From a virus: a stretch of DNA of 38,403 nucleotides. Location of the stretch: the IMG/VR virus record IMGVR_UViG_3300035536_000005, one strand, 5' to 3'. Below the pieces are notes generated by a model. It saw only the letters and a program-made list of their open reading frames with translations. It was not told where the DNA came from and did not search any database. Below are positions 1 through 7,921 of this stretch, in pieces. Numbering within the stretch: position 1 is the first letter of the stretch; each line of letters starts with the position of its first letter. Position numbers and translations under genes: made by a program.

Positions 1-127
1 TCAATAACTTCTTCCATTCCTGCTGTACTCTCGTGACTCTCAAGTGATACCTTTTTCCCTAGCTTATTAGTTGTACCTTTATATAACTCATTGAATATAA
101 TGCCTTTTCTGCGTGTTTCAACTAGAC
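1..127. repeat. Terminal direct repeat, copy 1. Identical to 38277-38403, so this is a circular-assembly overlap.
   Basis: Both termini were read base by base. tcaataacttcttccattcc...gcgtgtttcaactagac occurs at both ends, and an ORF reads through the junction in frame. Confidence 0.95.
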
Positions 128-698
128 GATAATATAGATTAGTGTCGGGGTGGTCAACAACTTTGAAAAATTTAACTTCTTGCAAAAATCCCCACTTAAA
201 TGTCCACATCGCATTATCAGGCTGTACCATTATTGGGATAGGAAACTCTTTTACATCATCATCCCAATCTAACTTAACAAATACTCCGCCAATTGCTGAA
301 GAAGTTTCAGCTCCTTCCAGTAATCTGCTGTACACATCGCCTTCTTCAATGATAGTGTCAAGTCTATCTTGAGCATCAACTGCACCACTTTCTGCTGTTT
401 CCTTGTGTGCCTCTGGTATCTTAACATCCGGCATTTCAGAAAATAAGAAGTCAGCTGAAGTAGAGGTAATATCACCTGCTATTGGAACATGTAACATTGT
501 TGCTCTATCATTGTGAATATCTTTCTCCCAAAACATTCCCCGTTTTTCTAAATTGTAATCATTGACAGTTTTCATCTCATAACTTTTTACGCCTAAGTAA
601 TAATCTAATAATTCTTCAGATGAGCCAGAATACCATGCTGCATACTCTTGCATTTTATCATGATATTTATTATATTTATCATCTACCCAATTTGCCAT
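1..698 (-). CDS. Portal protein, N-terminal part. The gene is split by the linearisation point and continues in 37496..38276.
   Basis: ATG at 698-696 follows an AAAGGTGGTGA RBS (MANWVDDKYNKYHDKMQEYAAWYSG...). There is no stop down to base 1. It joins in frame through the overlap to ...LESHESTAGMEEVIEHG..., giving 492 aa in total. It sits in terminase-portal-MuF gene order. Confidence 0.8.
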   Translation of the reverse strand, partial: MANWVDDKYNKYHDKMQEYAAWYSGSSEELLDYYLGVKSYEMKTVNDYNLEKRGMFWEKDIHNDRATMLHVPIAGDITSTSADFLFSEMPDVKIPEAHKETAESGAVDAQDRLDTIIEEGDVYSRLLEGAETSSAIGGVFVKLDWDDDVKEFPIPIMVQPDNAMWTFKWGFLQEVKFFKVVDHPDTNLYYRLVETRRKGIIFNELYKGTTNKLGKKVSLESHESTAGMEEVI

Positions 699-2105
699 TT
701 AATCACCACCTTTCAGTCTATCTTCAATAATTTTTATATATTTTTGTTCTTGCTCAATTAAAATGTAATCTCTGTCTAACTTTTTAGCAGCAACGCCTGT
801 TGTGCCACTTCCTGCAAATGGATCAAGCATAACTCCACCCTCTGGCACTACTAATTTAATCAGCCATTCCATTAATTCAATAGGTTTAACTGTTGGATGA
901 TTATTCTCTATCTGGCCATCATGTGTTCTTTCTGACTTACTAGCCTTCGGTATATATTGAAAAAAATCATCATCTATAAAATGGAATTGGTTGAAGTATC
1001 TAGCTGCACCGCCTTTGTCGCCAAAACCTCTTTCACCTTTACTAATAGTTTTACTTTCATGGTAACTATTTCTTCCATATAATTTACTAGAATTATGGTG
1101 TTTTTTTATTTTGCCACTTTCTAATACCCCGCTCTGCTCATTCATTCTTCTAACAGGACAACTTTCACGGCAGTCATCATTACAATCAGGGTGGTGTGAT
1201 AATACTAAGTTGGCAGGGAAGCGACCATTATTGTGTGGGTTTCTATCAACTTTATCAAATTTATCTACCCCGAAAGAATCTACTACACTATCGCTTTTAT
1301 TAACTGTTTCGCTCCCACTAAACCCATAATCAATATCTGCTTGTGATTTAAACTCTACCCTACACCCATCAATGTTAAGCCCACCAACTTCATACTTATC
1401 TATATTATCGCAGTATGTGCCTTCTCTAGGCTTTTGTGCTAATAGTATTGGCTCGTGTGCTGGTTTGAGTGCTGTTCCCCAACCTTCCCACTTTTTAGCT
1501 TTGTCGGTGGCGGGTTTTGTTATAAAATCAGTTTTACCAACTGTACCACTTTCATATATTGTGTTTGATTTATCACAGTTCTCTCTACTGTTGGGGTTTC
1601 TGCTTAATACTTTTCTTTCTGCACCTGCTTGTTTATCAAATCCTTTACTTATATTATAACTTTTAGGAAAACCCGTACCATACATCCACTCAATCATATC
1701 TTTAACCTCAAATCCTGCGTCTTCAACACCACTAACCATTCTGTGATAAGTTTTAGTGCCACTAAATACTATCATATATCCGCCTGGCTTTAACTTCTCA
1801 TAAGCTATTTCAGCCCACTTCTCATTCCATTCTTGAAACTTTTTAGGAGTACCAATTGTATCCCAACTTCTACCCATAAACCCTAAATTATAAGGTGGGT
1901 CAGTTATAACTGCATCTAAACTGTTACCCTCTACACCACGCATTAACTCAAAGCTATCTCCTTGATTAACGCTATTTAATTCTAATCTCTTAATATTCTC
2001 GTTAACTTCTTCAGGTTCATCATCTGTTATATGTTGTTTTATTCTATCTAAAGTTTTCTTACCTATACCTTTAACCTCTGATAACTCTGATAGGCTTATT
2101 TCCAT
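699..2105 (-). CDS. DNA N6-adenine/N4-cytosine methyltransferase, beta-class motif order
   Basis: 468 aa. Motif IV DPPY (ITDPPYNLGF) precedes HPTVKP and motif I DPFAGSGTTG. The N terminus has a helix-hairpin-helix (VKGIGKKTLDRI). There is a long insert with a Cys cluster, HHPDCNDDCRESCP. Confidence 0.85.
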   Translation of the reverse strand: MEISLSELSEVKGIGKKTLDRIKQHITDDEPEEVNENIKRLELNSVNQGDSFELMRGVEGNSLDAVITDPPYNLGFMGRSWDTIGTPKKFQEWNEKWAEIAYEKLKPGGYMIVFSGTKTYHRMVSGVEDAGFEVKDMIEWMYGTGFPKSYNISKGFDKQAGAERKVLSRNPNSRENCDKSNTIYESGTVGKTDFITKPATDKAKKWEGWGTALKPAHEPILLAQKPREGTYCDNIDKYEVGGLNIDGCRVEFKSQADIDYGFSGSETVNKSDSVVDSFGVDKFDKVDRNPHNNGRFPANLVLSHHPDCNDDCRESCPVRRMNEQSGVLESGKIKKHHNSSKLYGRNSYHESKTISKGERGFGDKGGAARYFNQFHFIDDDFFQYIPKASKSERTHDGQIENNHPTVKPIELMEWLIKLVVPEGGVMLDPFAGSGTTGVAAKKLDRDYILIEQEQKYIKIIEDRLKGGD

Positions 2106-2117
2106 TTTATCACCCCT

Positions 2118-3398
2118 TTAATGTATCAATCTCTTATAAACTCTAGGTAAACTATTAACTACATATCTGATTAAGTCCATAATATGGTCATTTTCCTTAA
2201 TTGGCTTATCCTCTCCTCTATCGCTAGCCTTCTCATCCCAACGATACGAATGAAACTCCTCTTTAACTTTCTCATTATGATTTAACACTACAAATTTATT
2301 AAGCGTAATCAAATTGCTAACTTTTTCTATACCTTCATTGACACTATTATTAGCTTTAGCGATTCGCTTAAATGCTGGAAACTCGTGCCTGTGCTGATAT
2401 AACTCAACTCGGAAACTTTTAGCACTGGGGTCAATAAATATCCACTTAGGATTGATATCATGCTTAGTTATAAAGTTTTGCAAGTCTTTTCTATACTGGC
2501 TGTTAGCCTTGTCAGTTCCCTCTCTACCGCTGTGATAGTAAGTGTTAAGTAAATACATCCTATTGTCACTCCCTATTCCTATATGCCCAAACGCTGTCGG
2601 ATTAGCCGCACCATAATCAATACCAATGAATTCCTGCACAATATCTACATTATTTGGTACTTTGTCAATTATATTATCATCATTGAAAGAAGGATAAACC
2701 AATCCCTCTGCAACTACCCATAATCCTCTAATATATCTATCATAATAAACACCAGAATACATACGCTTGTATCTGTCAATAATTTTTTGCGATAATGTTA
2801 AGTTATCAGCCATTGTAAAGTGTAAATGGTATATTCTTTTTTCTTCTTTCTTGTCAATCCACTCTTTCTTAAGAAAATGATAAGGTGAATCCGGATTACT
2901 ATTAAACCAATGACGGCTTCCTTCTACTGAACATCTAGCAACCATCTCATTCACAAAGTTTTCTGGAAACAATTCTACCTGGTCCGCAAAACTTCCAGCA
3001 GCTGTTAATCCCTGTAATGTATCTTTGCTGCTAATATTATTAGCTCCATATAAGTAGTAATAATTTGTGCCAATTTCAATGCGTGGTTCTTCAGTTGAGC
3101 GAATATGATTAAATTTTAAACCTTTAGCATTTAATATTTTCTTCATAGGATTGAGCACATTTTTTGTCAAAGCTCCCATTGACTTTCCCGCTATGATAAA
3201 GTTTTGATTATCAAAATTAGCAATGGACCAGTCAATAAACCCGCAAATCATCCCAACTGTCTTACCTGCTCTAATACTACCATCAGCTATAACTATATCC
3301 TTACCAGAATGCGGTGAATTATCCATCCACCAGCTAAGTAGCTTAACTTGCTTATCTGAAAAAGGTTGAAACTTAAATTGTGCTTTGTTATTTCTCAT
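2118..3398 (-). CDS. terL: Terminase large subunit
   Basis: 426 aa. Walker A GSIRAGKT lies near the N terminus. Size and position are typical of PBSX/Terminase_3-type large terminases. Confidence 0.85.
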   Translation of the reverse strand: MRNNKAQFKFQPFSDKQVKLLSWWMDNSPHSGKDIVIADGSIRAGKTVGMICGFIDWSIANFDNQNFIIAGKSMGALTKNVLNPMKKILNAKGLKFNHIRSTEEPRIEIGTNYYYLYGANNISSKDTLQGLTAAGSFADQVELFPENFVNEMVARCSVEGSRHWFNSNPDSPYHFLKKEWIDKKEEKRIYHLHFTMADNLTLSQKIIDRYKRMYSGVYYDRYIRGLWVVAEGLVYPSFNDDNIIDKVPNNVDIVQEFIGIDYGAANPTAFGHIGIGSDNRMYLLNTYYHSGREGTDKANSQYRKDLQNFITKHDINPKWIFIDPSAKSFRVELYQHRHEFPAFKRIAKANNSVNEGIEKVSNLITLNKFVVLNHNEKVKEEFHSYRWDEKASDRGEDKPIKENDHIMDLIRYVVNSLPRVYKRLIH

Positions 3399-3493
3399 AT
3401 TGCACCAACTTTATTAATTATCTTTATGAATACATTCAATCCATTTAATTGTAGAATTTTTGATTTTTCCTAATTTAGATAAATCAATTTTCA

Positions 3494-4012
3494 TTATTCA
3501 TCACCCTCCCATACTTCCTCACTTCTACCTCTAATCGCATCAATGTAAACATCTACATCTACACTATCTGGAGCTTCATCATTCTCAACTTGATATTTCA
3601 ACTTAAGCAGTTGAGTTTTCTTGCCTTGCACTCTCGTTAATGCTTCTTCAATATTAGAAGTGTTTTCAGCTTCAACAGATTGATTAATTCTCTGCATCAT
3701 CCGTCTTATCCTAATCTCGATTAGCTTAATATCATCATCAATTAAATCTATAACTTCATGTTTAACTTTTGGCAGCAAATTCTTTTCTTCATCTGTTAAA
3801 GTATCCATCCATATAGTTTCATATTCACCTGTGGATACAGCGTTTTTATTCTTCTTCATATTCTCTGGCTTAGGACCAGTTGAAGCACCACCGTGATATT
3901 TACATCTACCTTCGCCTAAGTGAGAAGTTCCATACCCGGCAACTAACTTACATTCTTCACCTGTGCTTTTAGCTTTAGCACCGCAAATCTTTCTATGAGC
4001 TTTGTTTCCCAT
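3494..4012 (-). CDS. terS: Putative terminase small subunit
   Basis: 172 aa, directly upstream of terL. It has an N-terminal Cys/His knuckle (CGAKAKSTGEECK...GRCKYHGG), an NKNAVSTGEY segment and a coiled-coil C terminus. The call rests on position and motif memory only. Confidence 0.5.
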   Translation of the reverse strand: MGNKAHRKICGAKAKSTGEECKLVAGYGTSHLGEGRCKYHGGASTGPKPENMKKNKNAVSTGEYETIWMDTLTDEEKNLLPKVKHEVIDLIDDDIKLIEIRIRRMMQRINQSVEAENTSNIEEALTRVQGKKTQLLKLKYQVENDEAPDSVDVDVYIDAIRGRSEEVWEGDE

Positions 4013-4036
4013 ATCACCACCTCTTTTCGATAAAAA

Positions 4037-4273
4037 TTAATCTGTTAACATTTTAGCCATTCGCTTTGCACATTCTTCTTTAATTTCATCAATAGTTAAA
4101 CTTTCATTTTTAAACTCAAATATATTTCTATCAGCTTGATTATGTTTTTCTTTATCATCCCAGCCAAAATAATTATATTCAGCTTCAAATATAACTGTAT
4201 AAACTTTATCAGCAAACTTGTTATAAGTTATTTCTTTAATAGTTATATCAAAATCGTCAGCTTCATAATACAT
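4037..4273 (-). CDS. Hypothetical protein (78 aa)
   Basis: The track ORF was trimmed to MYYEADDFDI..., where ATG 4273-4271 sits 7 nt after AGGAGGG. No motif recognised. Confidence 0.6.
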   Translation of the reverse strand: MYYEADDFDITIKEITYNKFADKVYTVIFEAEYNYFGWDDKEKHNQADRNIFEFKNESLTIDEIKEECAKRMAKMLTD

Positions 4274-4299
4274 TTTATCCCTCCTATTATCGCATAGAA
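4271..4299 (-). repeat. Duplicated translation-initiation region, copy B: TTCTATGCGATAATAGGAGGGATAAAATG
   Basis: A 21-nt exact match (4279-4299 = 4506-4526) extends to 27/29 identities including the ATG. Confidence 0.85.
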
Positions 4300-4305
4300 T
4301 ATTAA

Positions 4306-4500
4306 CTATAAATTTAAAAATATCCAATAAAATAATACAATATCTGATACTGCAACCAACCATATTATACACAATCCCACTAATTTTATACTAAAATCAA
4401 CACTTTTAAAATCCTTTAAAACTAAATATAATAAATGATTAGCTAAAATAAATATCATCAAATATATAGAATTAATAATCATATTAATTAAATTTTCCAT
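4306..4500 (-). CDS. Small membrane protein (64 aa, two hydrophobic helices)
   Basis: The track ORF was trimmed to MENLINMIINSIYLMIFILANHLLYLV..., where ATG 4500-4498 follows AGGAGGGG. It has two hydrophobic stretches. Confidence 0.6.
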   Translation of the reverse strand: MENLINMIINSIYLMIFILANHLLYLVLKDFKSVDFSIKLVGLCIIWLVAVSDIVLFYWIFLNL

Positions 4501-4526
4501 TCTACCCCTCCTATTATCGCATAGAA
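4498..4526 (-). repeat. Duplicated translation-initiation region, copy A: TTCTATGCGATAATAGGAGGGGTAGAATG
   Basis: See the partner copy at 4271-4299. Confidence 0.85.
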
Positions 4527-4550
4527 AAGGACACCACATCTGTGGCATCC
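4523..4550 (-). terminator. Candidate intrinsic terminator or attenuator
   Basis: The RNA GGAUGCCAC-AGAU-GUGGUGUCC forms a 9-bp stem with two G-U pairs, followed by UUUUCU. It lies immediately after the stop of ORF 4560..4862. Confidence 0.4.
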
Positions 4551-4559
4551 TAAGTAACA

Positions 4560-4862
4560 TTATATTTTTAAATTTAAATCCTCATTTAATTTAATAGCTT
4601 TAGCTATCTTTTCACCATTAATAGTTACTGAAATATTTAAATCTCTGTATTCTTGTTTTGCTTTGTATTTCCCAGCAAATTCAGCTATAATTTCAACTAC
4701 ATTTTCTTTTTCTCTAAAAGCTATAATTTGATATAAATATTTATTGCTTATATTTACCGCTTCGCCAAGATTATAATTGCCTTTATCAGTATAAATTTTA
4801 ATTTTATTCGGGCAATTAACATAATCTAAATTTGCAATATCATCTCTAATTATTTTTTGCAT
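4560..4862 (-). CDS. Hypothetical protein (100 aa)
   Basis: ORF track. Tightly packed in a co-directional operon. No motif recognised. Confidence 0.6.
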   Translation of the reverse strand: MQKIIRDDIANLDYVNCPNKIKIYTDKGNYNLGEAVNISNKYLYQIIAFREKENVVEIIAEFAGKYKAKQEYRDLNISVTINGEKIAKAIKLNEDLNLKI

Positions 4863-5741
4863 CTAATTCACCTCACTATAATGTGCCAATCCCAAGTCAA
4901 CAATTTGATGCTTGATTATATCACCACTAATAAAATGTAATATATTATAGTCATTGCTATCAACAACGCAAAAGTATCTATCTATTACAGATTTCATATC
5001 CTCAACCGTTAGTTGATTTTCATCTAAATACTTGCTTAACACTTTTCTAACATTTATCCATTGGTGTGGCTTCAATTTTAAAACTTTCTCATTAACTGAA
5101 TAATATTGCTTATCATAATAATTGCAAATATCAACTATTTCGTCATTAGCAACTTTTTGTAGATAATATACAGGTTTAGCTTTAGCTGATTGCTGATGAC
5201 CATTATTATCTCTTTGAGTATTCTTATGAGAAGTCTTTGTATACGTCTGGTTAGTCGTTATACCCCCATGGGGTTTATCACTATACCCACCTGTGGTTTT
5301 TTGATTACTATTCAAATAAGTTATTTCTTTTACTCTGTCTATATTTAAATCAATAAACATAACATTTGATAAATGCAAGCCTTGAACAACTATATTTCTA
5401 AATTCTCTCTCAATTAATCCTTCATTTTCTAAAAACTTAAAAGCATTTTTAACTTCATCTTTCCCAAATCCAAATAATTCTACATAACCCTTATACTGTT
5501 TTTGTAATTTATCAGCTTTAAATTTTTGTTCATATCCTAATAGTTTCCCACTAGCTTCATCTCTAACTTCTGTTGGTCTAAACCAATAACAAATATCAGC
5601 TAATATCATTATTGCTGATATTTGTGGCTTTCCATTATCAAAAGTCAAGTTTTCAAACCAACTAACTGGAACAACATTCCCTGTTAAATTAACTTCTTTT
5701 TTCATTTTCATAACATTTTCATTTTGTAGATCATAACTCAT
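4863..5741 (-). CDS. Winged-helix DNA-binding protein resembling replisome-organiser/DnaD-type proteins
   Basis: 292 aa. It has a wHTH-like segment (KNAFKFLENEGLIEREFRNI). The C-terminal part (TVEDMKSVIDRYF...) recalls the conserved phage C-terminus of replisome organisers. RBS AAGGAG precedes the ATG. Confidence 0.4.
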   Translation of the reverse strand: MSYDLQNENVMKMKKEVNLTGNVVPVSWFENLTFDNGKPQISAIMILADICYWFRPTEVRDEASGKLLGYEQKFKADKLQKQYKGYVELFGFGKDEVKNAFKFLENEGLIEREFRNIVVQGLHLSNVMFIDLNIDRVKEITYLNSNQKTTGGYSDKPHGGITTNQTYTKTSHKNTQRDNNGHQQSAKAKPVYYLQKVANDEIVDICNYYDKQYYSVNEKVLKLKPHQWINVRKVLSKYLDENQLTVEDMKSVIDRYFCVVDSNDYNILHFISGDIIKHQIVDLGLAHYSEVN

Positions 5742-5856
5742 TAATTAACAACTCCTTGTAATTGTTTACCTTGAAAAAAGATATTAGTGAGCAACCACTC
5801 AAGGTTGTGGAGTTCGGGAGCTACCCTAGCCCACTTTAAACTTTCACCTCACACTA

Positions 5857-5885
5857 ATTATACACTCTAACCTACAATAAATCAA
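5857..5885 (-). promoter_or_regulatory. Sigma-A-type promoter, TTGATT-17 nt-TATAAT
   Basis: On the minus strand the -35 is at 5885-5880 and the -10 at 5862-5857, with an exact 17-nt spacer. It is intergenic, just downstream of tRNA-Thr and upstream of the packaging genes. Confidence 0.6.
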
Positions 5886-5891
5886 TCATTT

Positions 5892-5965
5892 TGGAGGTGA
5901 CAACCAGAATTGAACTGGTATCCCTAGATTACAAAACTAGTGTTCTGCCATTAAACTATGCCACC
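5892..5965 (-). tRNA. tRNA-Thr: tRNA-Thr (anticodon UGU)
   Basis: Hand-folded 74-nt cloverleaf. Acceptor is GGTGGCA/TGTCACC, D stem GTTT/GAAC, anticodon stem CTAGT/TCTAG with one U-U mismatch, loop TTTGTAA, and T arm ACCAG-TTCAATT-CTGGT. CCA is encoded. Confidence 0.75.
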
Positions 5966-6018
5966 TTGAAGCCGGATTGCAAGGCATTAGCCTATTCTCC
6001 CGACAAATTAATTTAAAT

Positions 6019-6094
6019 TGGCAGTAAAGGTAGGACTCGAACCTACAACCTTCCGGGTAACAGCCGGCTGCTCTACCATTTGAGCTACTCTACT
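6019..6094 (-). tRNA. tRNA-Asn: tRNA-Asn (anticodon GUU)
   Basis: Hand-folded 76-nt cloverleaf. Acceptor is AGTAGAG/CTTTACT, D arm GCTC-AAATGGTA-GAGC, anticodon loop CTGTTAC, and T arm GTAGG-TTCGAGT-CCTAC. The discriminator is G and CCA is encoded. Confidence 0.8.
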
Positions 6095-6364
6095 AAAATT
6101 AACTTAATACTCCACTCATACCTAGCTTTATTCTTTAATTTTCGCTAAGCTACGACTATCATTTTTAATTTTTAAACTTTTGGCATAAATGAAGTATTAA
6201 GTTAACAAGATCTACACAGCTATAGTTGAAGTTTTACTCCCACCAGCTGTAAAAGTTAACGAATGGAGGACACTCGGCAGATATTGAGTGTTACCCCCAT
6301 TCTCCCACTTAATCTATTAAGCAATACCATCTGCCATAGCATTGCACAAGTGGTAACATATATA
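6095..6364 (-). ncRNA. ORF-free, highly structured RNA region upstream of tRNA-Asn. Either a precursor leader or an unknown ncRNA.
   Basis: A 13-bp perfect inverted repeat (6099-6111 / 6193-6205) encloses 81 nt. There is a long hairpin at 6261-6302 (GAATGG..ACACTC / GAGTGT..CCATTC). GGCAGAT and ATCTGCC offer an alternative pairing. A further hairpin is GCAATGC-11 nt-GTATTGC. Confidence 0.35.
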
Positions 6365-6535
6365 TTATAAGTTCCTTATTACAATATACAAATTGCTATT
6401 TATCTCTTGCAGCTTTACAAATTCTTTTTTATTTAATTTTCTCAATGTATAATTGATAGCATTTGTTGTCGTTAACATATTTCCATTCTCATCTTCATAA
6501 TTAATTGGAACAAATTCTATTTCTTCACAAATCAT
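6365..6535 (-). CDS. Hypothetical small protein (56 aa; below the track cutoff)
   Basis: Hand translation gives MICEEIEFVPINYEDENGNMLTTTNAINYTLRKLNKKEFVKLQEINSNLYIVIRNL. Its ATG overlaps the upstream stop as ATGA. Confidence 0.45.
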   Translation of the reverse strand: MICEEIEFVPINYEDENGNMLTTTNAINYTLRKLNKKEFVKLQEINSNLYIVIRNL

Positions 6536-6840
6536 CTAATTCCTAATTTCTTATCTAGCACTAATTGATATACATCATTAACCTCTATTGGTATTCCTGC
6601 TTCCTCTGCATACAATAATTCATCAGACTGTCCACTACTCATAAAGCCGTCATACTGGATTGCTATCACCTTATCAGCCTTGTCTATCATACTATAACAC
6701 TCTTCCATTATAGCCTCTCGCATATTGTCATTTTCAAAGTATGAGAAAGCGTGTAAAGGTGATAATATAATAGTGTTAGGGTTATCTCTAATAATTTCCT
6801 CTACTGATAAGTGGTTACAGTTTCCACAATGCTCACACAT
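6532..6840 (-). CDS. DUF1937/DUF4406-like nucleoside 2-deoxyribosyltransferase-fold protein
   Basis: 102 aa. SSGQSDELLYAEEAGIPI fits the S-x-G-x3-E-x3-A-x3-G-x-P signature of this fold. There is an N-terminal CxxCxxC. RBS is AAGGGGGA. Confidence 0.55.
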   Translation of the reverse strand: MCEHCGNCNHLSVEEIIRDNPNTIILSPLHAFSYFENDNMREAIMEECYSMIDKADKVIAIQYDGFMSSGQSDELLYAEEAGIPIEVNDVYQLVLDKKLGIR

Positions 6841-6854
6841 TTTATTATCCCCCT

Positions 6855-7658
6855 TTATGAAATAACTTTTATATTTTTCTTTTTAGCTTCCAATTTAGCA
6901 ATCGGGCTTCCCAACTCTGTCGGATCATATGCTTTGAATTCTCCGTATCCTCCATAGTTAAGATAAGCACCTGTATTAATAAAAGTTTGTTGTATTTTTT
7001 GAATAGTATTATTCTTTAAATCTGGTAAAAATATTGATTTGCTAAAATTTATTTTCTGATGAGTATGAGAAACAATATATAAATCAGCAACAACTATCTT
7101 TCTCAGTTTCTCAAGTCTATTTGCTTTGCCTCCCACCGTCCTACTTCCTGTAAAACCATGAATATGAAATACAGTATAAACTCTACGTTTCCCGTTAGGT
7201 TTAGTACCAAAAGTTATTTTAAGCAGCACGCCTTCTCGCTGATAAAAGCTGTCTAAACTAAAAGCTAATTCCTCAGCTAAATCTATATCATCGCTTCTAT
7301 AAATCCTTCTCTCATGGTTACCCATATTGACTGATAATATCTTATCCTTAATTGGCTCAAATAGCTTTCTAGCGTACTTTAACTCTCCATGTGGTGTTAA
7401 TGTACTCTCATAACTATTAGACACGCTGTGGATAGTAGCACAGTCCATTATATCGCCGTTTAATATTGCAAATCTATTTTCTTTTTCTAAGATATAATCT
7501 ATAGTTTCTTGTAATTTATCAGAATTATGTTCTGGACTTCCTATGTGAGTATCAGCAATAGGAATAATTTCAATCTCCTCAAAATTTCTATCTAAGTTAA
7601 TTTCATGTAATATCAATAGTTTACCCCTCTCTATAAAACTGTGCCTATAATTTGCCAA
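6855..7658 (-). CDS. Calcineurin-like metallophosphoesterase
   Basis: Motifs IADTHIG, NGDIMD, GNHE, HIHG and SHTH are present. The track start is TTG 7658, but TTG at 7616 behind AGAGGGG is the more likely start. Confidence 0.85.
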   Translation of the reverse strand: MANYRHSFIERGKLLILHEINLDRNFEEIEIIPIADTHIGSPEHNSDKLQETIDYILEKENRFAILNGDIMDCATIHSVSNSYESTLTPHGELKYARKLFEPIKDKILSVNMGNHERRIYRSDDIDLAEELAFSLDSFYQREGVLLKITFGTKPNGKRRVYTVFHIHGFTGSRTVGGKANRLEKLRKIVVADLYIVSHTHQKINFSKSIFLPDLKNNTIQKIQQTFINTGAYLNYGGYGEFKAYDPTELGSPIAKLEAKKKNIKVIS

Positions 7659-7810
7659 CTGCCATTGACCTTTGTGTAAATGTGAATTGCACCATAACTT
7701 TCAACTTGTTCAGTTTTAAGCCAACCATTGTAATACCCTTGTAAGTGCTGTGGAAAGTTTTTCTTAATATATTGAATAACATTATAATCATCTCGTTGAT
7801 AATCATACAT
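7631..7810 (-). CDS. Hypothetical small protein (59 aa; below the track cutoff). First ORF after the late promoter.
   Basis: Hand translation gives MYDYQRDDYNVIQYIKKNFPQHLQGYYNGWLKTEQVESYGAIHIYTKVNGSWQIIGTVL. A GAGGAG RBS lies 9 nt upstream of ATG 7810. Confidence 0.5.
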   Translation of the reverse strand: MYDYQRDDYNVIQYIKKNFPQHLQGYYNGWLKTEQVESYGAIHIYTKVNGSWQIIGTVL

Positions 7811-7842
7811 ATTTGTAGACTCCTCTGTGAAGTATAATTAGT

Positions 7843-7905
7843 GCTGCCGCAGCCAGTTTGCCACGACAGCGAAAGGGGATAAAATGTTAGCTATTTACAT
7901 AGCTA
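7843..7905 (-). promoter_or_regulatory. Structured 5' leader of the late transcript (two hairpins)
   Basis: Hairpin 1 (7888-7905) is UAGCUAU-GUAA-AUAGCUA followed by ACAUUUUAU. Hairpin 2 (7843-7870) is GC-rich, GCUGUCGU-12 nt-GCGGCAGC. Confidence 0.45.
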
Positions 7906-7921
7906 TTCACTCTATACCTTT

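Noticed and set aside
6112-6192. A possible third, degenerate tRNA or tRNA-like element between the 13-bp inverted repeats (contains GTAGCTTAGCG, which is D-arm-like).
   Set aside because: I could not fold an acceptor stem, anticodon arm or T-loop (no GTTCRA-type motif).
6241-6252. A 12-nt identity, CACCAGCTGTAA, between the structured intergenic region (6241-6252) and the lectin-like tail gene just upstream of its GC-rich end (25531-25542). I considered it a possible template-repeat/variable-repeat relationship.
   Set aside because: The match does not extend on either side. A 12-mer coincidence is expected by chance in a 38-kb genome. There is no A-to-N mismatch pattern.
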